The position numbers were made by a program, and so were the translations under genes. This document shows, in pieces, positions 1 to 11,058 of a stretch of DNA of 64,000 nt. Every line of letters starts with the position of its first letter. Position 1 is the stretch's first letter. Under the pieces are notes generated by a model. The model made no database searches. It was not told where the DNA came from and saw only the letters and a program-made list of their open reading frames with translations. The stretch comes from Tubulanus polymorphus (lineage: Eukaryota; Animalia; Nemertea): positions 8,272,850 through 8,336,849 of the forward strand of contig NC_134029.1 in NCBI RefSeq assembly GCF_964204645.1, written 5' to 3'.

Positions 1-308
1 ACAAGCAATTTTGGCAAGTGTTCACACTGGTGCCAAATGGGCCCGAACCTGTTTGGCCTGGACCAAATTTGGCCCAACCAAAAACGTCGGACCAGGCCCG
101 AGCCAAATTATAGTACCAGACAAATGATTGCGTTTGAATTACAACTGGTACCGGAAATGATCCACTTCGCTTTGTTTGGGCATTGTTTAGTATCGAGTGA
201 ATGGTTTGCATGTGAACGCGCTCTCTAATTAGGCACAGGCCAAATTATACCCGAGCCTGATCTGTGCCAATTTGGCCCGGGCCAAATCGTCTCCGTGTGA
301 TCGCAGCT
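1..308 (+). mobile_element. MITE family A copy (left end truncated by the window)
   Basis: closely similar to 44860-45191; ends GTGATCGCAGCT. Confidence 0.85.
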
Positions 309-731
309 ATTATAATTGAATTCATACTGCGGAGTATGAACCAGTTGGGACACACTTGGAACCAGCTTCTGTCCATACACACAAATTAAGTCCGTTCCAA
401 AATTTGGAATGGACATGTATCAGTCTTTTAGGTCGGTCCAAATTGGAACAACAACCATTTTGGAATGGACTTGTGCTAGTGTGAACGCTTGTTCGATAGT
501 TAATAGGAACGGACAAATTAAGACCGTGCTCAATAACTTAGTGTGAATGCACGTTTAGTGAGAACGTATTAAAGTTACCTCTTCATCCACAAGCCTTTCT
601 TTGCATTTTTCCAAATATTTCCATGCTATTTGAAGGTATGGGATGGGAGTTGGATTATCTACAGACCTAGAACTGTGGTATGTACACACCATTTGAAATA
701 GAAGTATTTTTCTTATCAGCCAATTAGGAAT

Positions 732-793
732 GCCGGTTTTCAATATCTGAGATGAAAATGTCGCCGGTTTTCAATATCTGAGATGAAAATGTC
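732..793. repeat. 31-bp tandem duplication
   Basis: gccggttttcaatatctgagatgaaaatgtc x2. Confidence 0.9.
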
Positions 794-1051
794 GACGGTA
801 AAATTAACTGGCCCCTGGTAAAAAATGTAAGCCATCGATGACTACGGTTTAATTCTGTCTATACTTGTGATCTTGTGCGCTGTCAATTGGAAGCTTTATA
901 CCTATTTGCAATGAATCTTCTCATTTAGAAATCAATTCAAAGCAGAAGTAATTTGAATCAATTTTAATTGGAAAGAATTTGACTACGATTCGAAAATGCA
1001 AGCTGTCATTGAATGATATTTTGAACACCTTGGGTCAGTTTTATAGACCAG

Positions 1052-1300
1052 TGTTACACTCGTAGAACAAAGGGTTCTTCGGAAGAACTTTTTGTTCTAC
1101 GAGTGTAACATCTGCCTCTGTGCGTGAACCTCTAAAGGTTCTTCAAAGAACCCGTTCAAGGGGGTTGAAAGGTTTCCTGAAGAACCCATTGCTCAGATAA
1201 AGGTTATTCGAAGAACCTTTCTTTGTGAAATGAAAGGTTCTTCGCAGAACATTGGGGTTCTACTAAGAACCTTTGGCTCTTACAAAAAAAAACGTTCTTG
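1052..1300. repeat. EnSpm/CMC-like MITE remnant: 59-nt hairpin (1052-1110) followed by gaaccc/ggttc repeats
   Basis: tgttacactcgtagaacaaa...tttgttctacgagtgtaaca; superfamily inferred only from the CACTC terminus. Confidence 0.55.
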
Positions 1301-1851
1301 AGAAATCTATATATAATTCTACAATTTGACAATGAATCAATTGAGTTAAACACCAACCCCCTTGGGTTGATATGAAAGCAACCTCTGGTAAAGTGTGAGG
1401 AAAGTAAATGTGTTTTCACTAGATATACCAAGTTTTGTCTGCAATTCCTTTTTGGTGATTAGAATGCAATGTACACAGTGCACTGATATTCAAATAATGC
1501 ATTTGGTTTGTCTCGTGTATGAATAAGAAACAAATCTCTGTTTTTACCGGTTGCACGTTTGAAAGAATATCATATAGTTTTGAAGGTTGCACGGTTTTGA
1601 CTGATGTGAGACTTTTCTAGGTCTGTTAGATGTGGCAAAAATAATCCTTTACCGAAAGCGGGATGAGGGTCGTGATTCGATATCTGGGCATTTACTAACT
1701 ACATATGTAATGAAATGACCATTTTCTTTCCCATCAAAGACTTATCAATTACCTGAATAATCAAATCACAATGAATGAATCTCAATTCATACAAAATTCA
1801 TACATAACCCAGCTGAAACTTTCACCATCAATCGTTTGAATTCTTTTTCAG

Positions 1852-1882
1852 TTCCAAGTCAACTTTGCAGCCACCTATGGAA
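1852..1882 (+). CDS. probable 31-nt NCX microexon ([11 protein letters not shown])
   Basis: ttctttttcag acceptor, GAA|gtaagt donor, open frame ending in phase 0, which matches the next exon; no homology support. Confidence 0.5.
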
Positions 1883-4800
1883 GTAAGTAATATGTACATA
1901 CATGAAAATGGCTGATACTTTTAGGTGAAAAAATACTTCTTCATTACATGCATACCATGTAAAGATTGAGATTGGAAAGGCTAAGAGACATTATGCGTTA
2001 TTTCCACTTAAATCTAATTTGGATCTTAAACCCTGTCTATGCTGACTAATTGACACTCTTGAGTGCTGGAGATAATTTTAAAATTTAAAAAAAATCCAGC
2101 CCAGTGTGTTGAATAAGAGGCATATTGCTTTAGTCTCTATACCAAAGTGCGATGTATTGTTAGTTACAAATATTCAACTGTGTTTGACACATGCTGCCAT
2201 CTTTCATTAGAGATAAAAACTACTAACTACTAATTGCATCTATTACAGTGCGGTGTACTAGCAAAGTCCACCACCGATTTATACACCGCACTGAAAGAGT
2301 TAAGTCAATGATAACACTGCCATTAGGGGTTGCAAAATATTAAGTTATCACAAACTGGCTGTTTTATGGACGAGAGTCTTTATGCCTGTCGTCAAAATTC
2401 AATGGTAAGGACTCGAAACTTAACCAACGTCTGTTTTTTCTCATCTACAGAACGGAGATGTGATAGCTGGTAAAAGCGTTTCCCCCGGTGACGCGATGCT
2501 TTCCTCGAATCCAAAAATGTCCGACATCGTGCCAAACGGTAAAGAGATCGTCGTCACCGGCAGAGTTTCTGTCGACTTCGAGACGCGCGAAGGGTCGGCG
2601 AAATACGACAAAGATTTCAAGAAAACGTCAGGGACTTTGGTATGTAACTGTTCGCAAATCCATTGGATACAAATTTGAGAAAGAAAAATAATAAGCTAGT
2701 TCAATAAGACGTAGAAGACTGATTTTCCGGTGGAAAATAGTCACTTGATCTCACATCGTAAGCGGCATGATTAGAAGTTGAGAACCATATACGGGATTTA
2801 ATCTTCAAAAAGTCTGTCGCGTGAATCTTGACTACGTAAAGCAAATGAATTGTGCTACTATGGAGCTGCGTTTCTATTGCGATCCCTTGATAGAAAATCT
2901 GTCCTTGCTTCACTCGCTTGTTTTACGTGACTTGTTCAACTATGAATGTAGTTGGTGTGAGCGAAATTGGTCACCCTATATTGTAAAGTGAGCACCAAAT
3001 CATGCGACTACAACTGTCTATATATTCATTCGTTTAGTGGCTTCTAATGTTGAAAACCGTATTCATCCCCCCTGGTTGAGTGTAGGGTACTACAATACGC
3101 AGCTTGCTAAGCCAGCGCCGAATCTGCGTTCACACTACAGTATGGTATACTACTGATAGATAGTGATAGCTTGGGAGATATTTGTTTTTCGAAAACCGCA
3201 TCACAATACATACAATATAATGGATAATCGATATTGATTTTAATACACGATGTGTTACATGGTTCCGAGGGATACAGAGCTAGCCGACAGGCTGTACTTT
3301 AAAAAAAAATCGAGGCAATGATATTTCAATCAGGTGAACGCGTAGTACCATACTGAGATCCTCGTGTGAACGCCATGCCATCTCTATTTAATATGCAACT
3401 GGCTGCTCTGATCGAAAGCGTTTACCAGAGTGCAATCTTATCACTTATCACTTCTTAATTGAATCTTTTGCACGAAATCACACGGTGATCTACTATTGGC
3501 ATCACGTCTGCTGCTGTTGTATCGTATATATGTTTATATTCATCAGGTGTTCGAAGAGAATCAGTTTCGACATACGATTCAAATTCCGATCATTAACGAT
3601 AATCAATACGAACCCGACACCGAATTCTTCATCATTCTGAAAAATCCTCAAGGCGACGCTGGCATCGGTGAACCCAGTATTACACGTGTTCTGATTATTG
3701 ATGACGATGGTGAGTCTTAGGAGATTCTTTTTTGTTGAAAACTGGGATTTTAACCCTTAAGCCTAGCTCAGGTCGACTTCTGACCCGACTATCGCACCGA
3801 CCTGGTTTGTCTCATGATCTCAAGAGCAAATGCACATTCAAAATAACTTCATTGGATAAATGAATTCATTATTGGATGGACAGTTCAATAAAGTGCACAG
3901 GACAAAAGACAGACATTGAGATAAAAACATTACAGCATAATGGAGCAAGTCGACTACAATTTGATCGTCGCTGAGTCTAAAAGTCATATGCCGGAATACT
4001 CAGCGCTGATTGGCTACGGCGTTAAGATCGGTTGTAGGAAATAGAACTTGTTCTATCCTAACGATCGGTCTGCGTCCAATTTGTCGCAGTCGTAAGCCCA
4101 CTCAGGTCGAACGATTCCCAAACAAGAAATCACACACTTGACTGCTTACAATCGGATGATCTGATCGGATTTTAGTTGACCTGAGTAAGGCTATGCCAGT
4201 GCCAGTGGCAGTGCCAGCTAAATTCATCCTGATCAGATCCACGGTCACAAGGCAGACAAACTTGTGTATTGGATGCTGAACTTTACACTGTCATTAGTTG
4301 ATCAAGATGGTTGATCAGTGGAATTTTTTGTCATCTTTGTATTTCCTATTTCTGTCGTCTTGCTACCTACAATCTTCTTCCTACTATGCCTCTTGCTTGA
4401 TAACGGATCGATGGTTCTTTTCACTCGTTTTTCAGAACCCGGTGAATTCTCCTTTGACAAACCCAGTTATACTGCTGATTTGAAGCGCGGAAAACTAATC
4501 GCTCGCGTCGTGCGTGAGAAAGGTTCAGACGGTACAGTTTCAATCGATTACTCAACAATGTAAGTCTGTGAATGATGTCAAGATTTTCGATTTTTGATTA
4601 CATCAGTATAATCGTATAATCTAATAAGCCGTGTTCACACTAGATTCGGCGCTTACGAAGTGCCGTATTTCACTGGTGCCAAATTCACCAAAATGCGGCG
4701 CTTACACAGCCATTTACGTTCACAGGTAGAGTCGTCAATTTGGCACTTATTAAGCCCAGTATAGTAGTCACCCAGTGTGCCAATAGAGGGCAGTGTAATT

Positions 4801-7800
4801 AGTGTTTAGTGTTTTTTACTACAAGGATATTGATACACAGCTAGCTAAGCGCCAAATCTGCGTTCACACTACAGAAAATACGCGGCCAGCTCAGTGCCGT
4901 ACTGAGATTGGGTTTCAGCGCGGAATCGTATTCCGCGCTTAATAAGCCACGTATTTCAGTACGGAACTGAATAAGCCGCGAATAGGCCTCGAATAATTTC
5001 CTAGTGTGAATGCTTAGTACTGTACTGGAATCCTAGTGTGCTAGCTATAGATTCACAGCTATAGATTCAATCGGTATAAAGCCTCAGGAACCATTCATCT
5101 TATTCAAGAAGGACTAAATCAAAGACCTTCTTGCTTAGAAAGAATTTTCAGAGATACCCTACTAGGGAACAGAAAACCAGAGAAACAGCACTATACGAAT
5201 GGGCTCTTAGAAATTTAAACCTATTGGACTTTTAAGGTTGAGTAAGGGAACCAGACACTATAAGAATATTTGCCTGCAGTAGGATATTGGCAATGTTAAG
5301 TGGGTGTTCGAACTTCACTGAATCGATGAATTTTATATTTTATGGAATATTTTTCCTTCATATTCTCTTCAGAGATGGTACGGCTAAAGGCGGCGAATCA
5401 TTAACAGATGGCATTGATTTCATATCTACCTCAGGAAAGCTTACGTTTAAACACGGAGAAACCAGTAAAACTATCACCATAGACACCAGCAACGTCGCAA
5501 AGGTCAGTTTTGTATTTATCCCGTATAAAGTATAAAGAGACACATGTTAATGAACAATATCATTGTTTGTTACGCTTATTAAATCATTCCATACCTGAAA
5601 TCGGGTTAATTCAATTATTTGAATCCTTACACACCCTCCTAGGTTCACCTAATCTCGACGAGATAGAATAAGCTGCTGTATGTTTTATTGTGTTCTCAAA
5701 CTCTCATACTCCTCAGGGAACAAAAAATTTCATCATAACACTGAAGAATCCAAGTCTAGGTTGTAAACTCGGTGAGCACAGCGCAGCTCTGGGATTTCAT
5801 TCGCAAGGTAAATTAAACGTACACGATTAATCGGTCCTCAGGTGAATTACTACGTAACCATTATTGAATTGTCCTTGTTTTTCTGTTCATATATTTTTCC
5901 CCTAGTGTATTTTTCCATTGTTACTGATACTGTCACTTGATCTCATATTTCCAAAAACAATGTCCTTTAAGGTGACTGCACACACGTAACATTTACACAG
6001 GGTCTGCTTGGGAAAGATTTTCATGAGAATTCTGTGGCATGGGCAAAGTATTGATCACATTTGATAATTTTTGCAATGTCAAATATCACTGACAATATGA
6101 ACTTAAACTGAATCAATAGTGTGTGCAGCTGCCTTATGATCTAGGAGCTGTTTTTCCTGACTTTCTTTATGATTTTAATGAAATTCAAATTTCTTCTGTT
6201 GCCATCCAGGACCTGGTAAGGTCAAACGAACGATGTTTGTCGTGTGTATTACGCATTATAAGCAGTATTTAACCCGTATTTTATATTCACCTTGCGTCGT
6301 ATGGAGTGATATGTGAATTTAGCCAGATTTTATTTAATTAGTTTAGTTTTTAGTTTCGTAGTTTCATAGTTAGTATCAACCCATTGAGCCCCGGGCTATG
6401 TATCCCTGGGTGCCGGCGGTGATTTTTGAAGTTTCAAAACCAGGTGGCAGCACATACCGTTGTTTACTTTCGCGAGCAGAAGAAATAGTGTCCTTAGTTT
6501 ATGGTAGCAAAGTGAGATGGCAGCGCCAATCGCAAAATCGGGGATGAATCTCTTCTGTACCTGGGTTGTTTGTCACTAAGTTTGGGGTGGATTCCATCCG
6601 GGGCTCAATGGGTTAAACGAGTATAAATGAAACATATTCGCGAAAATTATGGAAACTAGCATTTAGAATTAAATTGAAATCGAAATATCATTAGGTTTTA
6701 GCTCTATCCTAACATCTCATATAATCAGAGTTAAGCCTATTGCACACAAAACGAGAAATACAAAACAGAGACTTTTTTGTTTGTTACGTAACTGCTCATT
6801 CCCCTGACAAAAAGAACCTGCTAGCAAGAACATTGTTTAGGTTGACAACTGCTTATGATCGGCAATTGCTGCATGATGTCAGAGTGAAAAGCAAAACAGG
6901 AAACGCCGAAATGCAATAACCAATAAGTGACAACGAGGGCATCACATGGCTGATCAGAATCACTGCCATCTTGATGTCATATCACATGTAATACAATTAA
7001 TTTGCTCAGTACTCATGGCACTGAAGGTTTGTTGTTTAAATATATTGTCCTGTTTTGTTCTGTACAATACACAGCAAGCAAACTAAACATTGAAATGCAT
7101 ATAAACGCAAAATCTGTTTATTGTTTTTCTCCTACCATGTGCAGTAGGCTTTAGGATATGGGATTGTAGTTTTGAAATCGAATTCATTCATGTTCATTGA
7201 TAGTGTTAATGAGTGATTGCATGGCAGAACTACTATATTTTTTGCTTTGGTTTACGGAATAGCGATTCCTGGCCCCCAAAATTAAACGTTTTTCTTATTT
7301 TCACCTCTGGTAAAAAACGAAGCCAGTCTTTAAGAACGTTTTTAGTAAGCATAGTCCCTGAATACTTTTACTTATTTGTGATTAGTTCTTTCATTGATTT
7401 GGCAAGAAAAATCGTAATTTACTGACTAGTTATGTAGTGAAATTTTTTTTTTTTGTTTCAGATAAACTTGGTGAAGCACTAGCGAATGTGTTGGATGCTG
7501 AATCAGAAGATCAGACCTGGGGTGAACAAATAATAGCGTACGTAGCCGTAAAACCGGACAGCCAATTTTGCTTGTGAAGATGAAAATTGATCCGTTTGAT
7601 GCAAATCCGTTAAATCGTTATTTAACTCCCAATAGATACTTGCTAATATACATCTTGTGTACATTTCGAGATTTGTGATTACAAAATCATCCGATTTTTC
7701 GATACAATTACAGGGCTATGACTGTTAGCGAAGATGAAGACGAAGATGGCAATCCAATTCCGCTTCATTGGTATGATTATCTGCTACATTTCATCATGTT

Positions 7801-10800
7801 CTTCTGGAAGGTTTTCTTCGCCCTTATACCGCCTCGGTACGTATGAAATAGAGTACTGTTGTATTTAATCATATTAAGCGCATGGATCAGCAGTCGGTCA
7901 AGGATACTAGAAATGTATGGTAGGTGTTCTCTGATGACTTACCCGCGAAACGAACCTTGCAACTTCCAGTGAAGCCAACAGAGAATGCAATGAAGTATTA
8001 ATTAAACTTATATATATGAGCTGCGATCACACAGAGACGATTTGGCCCGGCCCAAATTGGCACGGATCAGGCTCAAGCCAGTATTAAACAATGCTCAGAC
8101 AAAGCAAAGCGAGTCATTTCCAGAATCAGTTGCAATTCAAACGCAATCATTTGTCCTGTGCAAAAATTTGGTTCGAGCCTGGCCCAGGTTTTTGATCAGG
8201 CCAAATTTGGCCCGAGCCAAAAATGCTTGTGATTGAGGCTAAATTTGGCCTGTGCTTAGTTAGAGAGCGTGTTTACACGCAAACCACTAACTCGATACTA
8301 AAAAATGCCTAAACAAAGCGAAGTGAGTCACTTCAAGAACTTAATTGCAATTCACAGGCAATAATTCAACTGCCCTCTTATTCAATTTCCTCCACACACT
8401 TATGATGTTTTACATGACTATAACTTTCAGAAATATAGCTGGGGCGTGGCCAGCCTTCTTTTTATCACTGTTGGGTATAGCTTTACTGACTGCGTTCGTT
8501 GAACAGGTAAGGGCATTTTCGGTGCGGTTATTTGGGGTTAGGTGTTAAATGAATCGGACTTTAGACACGTCATTGTTTGCTTGTACTCAAATTTGATGGC
8601 ATCGCGAGATTCAGCCATTTTCAATGCCGTATATAAAATGCATAAGTAACGAGTAAGAAGATTCAAAAGATTTTCATGTGTAGAATTGCTAGAATTTACG
8701 TTCCTCTGTTGAGTTGTTGAAAAAAGGATTATATTTGAGACTTCTTTTTTCAGTTGGGACATTTACTCGGCTGCGTGATAAACCTTCGTACTGCAGTGAC
8801 GGGTATAACCATTGTTGCCTTAGGAACAAGTTTACCGGATACGTTTGCGAGTCGTACTGCTGCCTTACACGACGAATATGCTGATGCTGCTATTGGCAAC
8901 GTAACAGGTAAAGAAGTGTTACGTATATGTTTGTTGTTCAAGTTGTTTGCGTAGTGATATAAGGGCCCTTCTATACTACTCCATGTAAAGCATTTCTCAC
9001 ATTAAGAAAAAAAAATGAAATTTCCATAATGCAAAATTGCCTTTCCAAAATCCACGGTAGTTGGTGTCTACCTGTTAAAGGCAGCCAACAAAACCCCAAT
9101 CAGTTCAGACTGTTTGGACGACCCCAATCAGTTCAGACTGTTTGGACGATTGTGCGGATGAACCAGAACTAAATTTTCAATTATGTACTTTGATTTAAAC
9201 AAACAATGCTGTAAATTCGACCGCTGATCACAGAATTATATCTGTACTTGGATTTCCGATTTTAAAATCAGACCCTGTTTTGCTCCTAGCAGGTGTGTTG
9301 GGTTTGTAAAGGCTGGCTTATTTTGACCTGCAACTCGACGCCTACCAATGCAACTAGGTTTATTGACAGCTAGTGACCTACAGTAGGCCGCCAGTTGCCG
9401 TCATATCCGCTTGACGCAAGCCGGCTTATAGCAGGAGCCCGATGCCTACCAACTTGTCGCAAGCCGTATCTGGGTAGTTGCCGGGTCTACGATGTTCTCC
9501 GGTCTACGGTGGACCGATAGTTACTATTAAGCCCAACTGAACTGCATTAATAAGCAACTGGAAAAGACAACCTTTGTCATAATTATATTACTAAGCATAA
9601 GACTTTTATGGTAGAATGCTTAAAATTAAACAAGGAGCCGATACACCCCTTTATACCTTTTAACTCATAAACTGAAATAAGTGGGGAAAGACTGGCTATA
9701 TTGCGCACATCCTCCCCGGCAGGAATTCGAACCTGATGGCAACCTGTTGATCAAGATTGCCAGGGTACGAAAAACCCTGCCACACTAGACCGGGTGCGCA
9801 GCTTAGAAGATGTCATTATTAGCCAATCAGATATCCCGTTTTATTTTAGCCCGGGTTTTCCCATTGATAGTTCTTTCGTGAAATTTGCCTCAGCGATTAT
9901 ACAACGGGCAATCTGATTGGTGCCGCAAGTTTTCGCGCGGCAAAGCTGCGCATGTACTTGCGCACCCAGCCTAGTGTGCCTGGGGTTTGTGCCGTGGCTG
10001 AGTGTAGCGATGCCATCCGGTTCGAATCCCTACTGGGGGAGGATGGATCATGTATCATGCTAGTTGAGCTCAGTTGCTGGGAATCAAGAGTGCAGTCGAC
10101 AGGGTCTGGTCGCGGGTCGAAGAATTTTCTTCCAATTCATCCCTTGAAAATTCCAGATATCAATATTGATGAATCTATTACAGGTAGCAACAGTGTGAAT
10201 GTATTCCTCGGTCTCGGTTTGCCGTGGGTGTTGGGCACGTTATATGAACAATTCGTAAATGGAGATGGACGTATGCGAGTCGACTCGGAAAACGTGTTTC
10301 AATCAACAATATTCTTCACTACAGCGGCTGTTATCTGTATTTTCTTGTTGTATTTTAGAAGATTTGTAAGTATTAGTCTTACTGCTCCTTATTTTTTTCT
10401 TGCAGTCAAAAACTGCGATCACGGGAGCATTTTTGGCCCCAACCCAAAACGTTGGACCTGGCTCGAACCAAATTTTAGCACGGGTAAAATTACCGAGTAT
10501 CAATTGCTATAATTTCCAAGAGTGACTCACTTGTATCGAGTGAGTGGTTTACGACTTGTGTGAACGCGCCGTCTAGGTAGGCATGAGCCAAATTTGATGT
10601 GATCGCGGTTATAACTTATTTCAAGGGGCCTGAATGTCCTAGTGATTGTACAGCTTCAGTAGCTATGTTTAGGCCCCTATAATCAATCTACTAATTCTGC
10701 CATGTTCCATGTAAACTATTTGTAATTTTATATCTAATTGATCATGAAATGGATATTATTACGATTATCATTATTATTCTTAATCTTATTATAAAGACCT

Positions 10801-11058
10801 TGGGTAATACCATCACTAAAATAAGTGATATAAAATGCATATTTCAATGATTTCACGATTTGTGTATCAGTTTCCAATTTATTTTTGATGCTGATTGATG
10901 AAATATTTCCTTATGAATTTTAGGCGTTAGGTGGAGAGTTAGGTGGGAAGGCAGTGGTGAAATGGTTATGTGGTGGTACACTGTTTCTGTTATGGGTGGC
11001 TTACATCACGTTATCGAGTCTAGTCGCCTACGATAGTTTATGGAAATTAACTTTTTAA
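1852..11058 (+). CDS. Na+/Ca2+ exchanger (SLC8/NCX/Calx family), 3' part; join(1852..1882?,2451..2639,3547..3709,4436..4559,5373..5502,5717..5807,7462..7537,7714..7836,8431..8506,8754..8907,10184..10365,10924..11058); 5' exons lie upstream of the window
   Basis: GT-AG exons with matching phases join into one frame: two Calx-beta domains ([12 protein letters not shown]...IIDDDEPGEFSF...), W-x-[23 protein letters not shown], alpha-2 repeat [12 protein letters not shown]...[39 protein letters not shown] and stop TAA at 11056-11058. Confidence 0.95.
2030..2303. mobile_element. piggyBac-like MITE family B copy
   Basis: similar to 42649-42917 and 34430-34675; ends gcactgaaagag-TTAA. Confidence 0.7.
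2451..2639 (+). CDS. NCX exon, CBD1 (NGDVIAG...[25 protein letters not shown])
   Basis: ctacag acceptor, gtatgt donor, Calx-beta motif. Confidence 0.9.
3547..3709 (+). CDS. NCX exon, CBD1 C-half (VFEENQ...[13 protein letters not shown]...IIDDD)
   Basis: catcag / gtgagt boundaries, phase 0 to 1, Calx-beta acidic motifs. Confidence 0.93.
3760..4192. mobile_element. Harbinger-like MITE
   Basis: TIRs agcctagctcaggtcgac / gttgacctgagtaaggct. Confidence 0.65.
4436..4559 (+). CDS. NCX exon, CBD2 start (EPGEFSF...[17 protein letters not shown])
   Basis: tttcag / gtaagt boundaries, phase 1 to 2. Confidence 0.93.
4627..5040. mobile_element. MITE-derived repeat with gttcacact motifs (related pieces at about 3110-3375 and 320-555)
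   Basis: agccgtgttcacactag ... ctagtgtgaa; motif recurs. Confidence 0.5.
5373..5502 (+). CDS. NCX exon, CBD2 (DGTAKGG...[16 protein letters not shown])
   Basis: cttcag / gtcagt boundaries, phase 2 to 0, DGTA.GG motif. Confidence 0.93.
5717..5807 (+). CDS. NCX exon, CBD2 end ([24 protein letters not shown])
   Basis: cctcag / gtaaat boundaries, phase 0 to 1; too short for the ORF track. Confidence 0.85.
5970..6134. mobile_element. Harbinger-like MITE
   Basis: TIRs aggtgactgcacac / gtgtgcagctgcct. Confidence 0.55.
6380..6612. mobile_element. piggyBac-like MITE
   Basis: TIRs CCCATTGAGCCC / GGGCTCAATGGG; flanks TCAA / TTAA. Confidence 0.75.
6734..7150. mobile_element. PIF/Harbinger-like MITE, TTA TSD
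   Basis: TTA-agcctattgcaca ... tgtgcagtaggct-TTA. Confidence 0.75.
7462..7537 (+). CDS. NCX exon ([25 protein letters not shown])
   Basis: poly-T..cag / gtacgt boundaries, phase 1 to 2, W.EQ motif. Confidence 0.85.
7714..7836 (+). CDS. NCX exon ([12 protein letters not shown]...[21 protein letters not shown])
   Basis: tacag / gtacgt boundaries, phase 2 to 2, conserved NCX motif. Confidence 0.93.
8019..8335 (-). mobile_element. MITE family A copy, inverted/rearranged, in an NCX intron
   Basis: AGCTGCGATCAC end, ggccaaatttggccc motifs. Confidence 0.75.
8431..8506 (+). CDS. NCX exon, TM ([25 protein letters not shown])
   Basis: tttcag / gtaagg boundaries, phase 2 to 0. Confidence 0.92.
8754..8907 (+). 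CDS. NCX exon, alpha-2 repeat ([10 protein letters not shown]...IGNVT)
   Basis: tttcag / gtaaag boundaries, signature motif. Confidence 0.96.
9093..9148. repeat. 28-bp tandem duplication
   Basis: accccaatcagttcagactgtttggacg x2. Confidence 0.9.
9708..10045. mobile_element. inverted-repeat element with tRNA/SINE-like arms; second copy at about 41318-41595, fragment at about 63170-63225
   Basis: catcctccccggcaggaattcgaacctgatggca / tgccatccggttcgaatccctactgggggaggatg; B-box-like GGTTCGAATCC. Confidence 0.7.
10184..10365 (+). CDS. NCX exon ([15 protein letters not shown]...YFRRF)
   Basis: tacag / gtaagt boundaries, phase 1 to 0. Confidence 0.95.
10411..10610 (+). mobile_element. MITE family A, internally deleted copy, in an NCX intron
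   Basis: actgcgatcac ... gtgatcgcggt termini. Confidence 0.75.
10924..11058 (+). CDS. NCX last coding exon (ALGGELGG...[22 protein letters not shown])
   Basis: ttttag acceptor, GGELGG motif, TAA stop. Confidence 0.95.
   Translation, partial: ALGGELGGKAVVKWLCGGTLFLLWVAYITLSSLVAYDSLWKLTF

Noticed and set aside
37-228. Similar ORFs MGPNLFG.../MGPSLFG... (also 44887-45111 and others)
   Set aside because: Chance translations of MITE family A copies
7925-7957. CTGATGA...GAAAC motif resembling a hammerhead core
   Set aside because: No pairable stem II (cttacccgc) and no NUH cleavage triplet with stem III
10000-10040. GGTTCGAATCC as a tRNA gene
   Set aside because: No cloverleaf or anticodon arm; part of a dispersed repeat
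9952-10183. N-terminal part of the 186-aa ORF 9952-10512
   Set aside because: Intronic repeat sequence; only 10184-10365 is NCX coding
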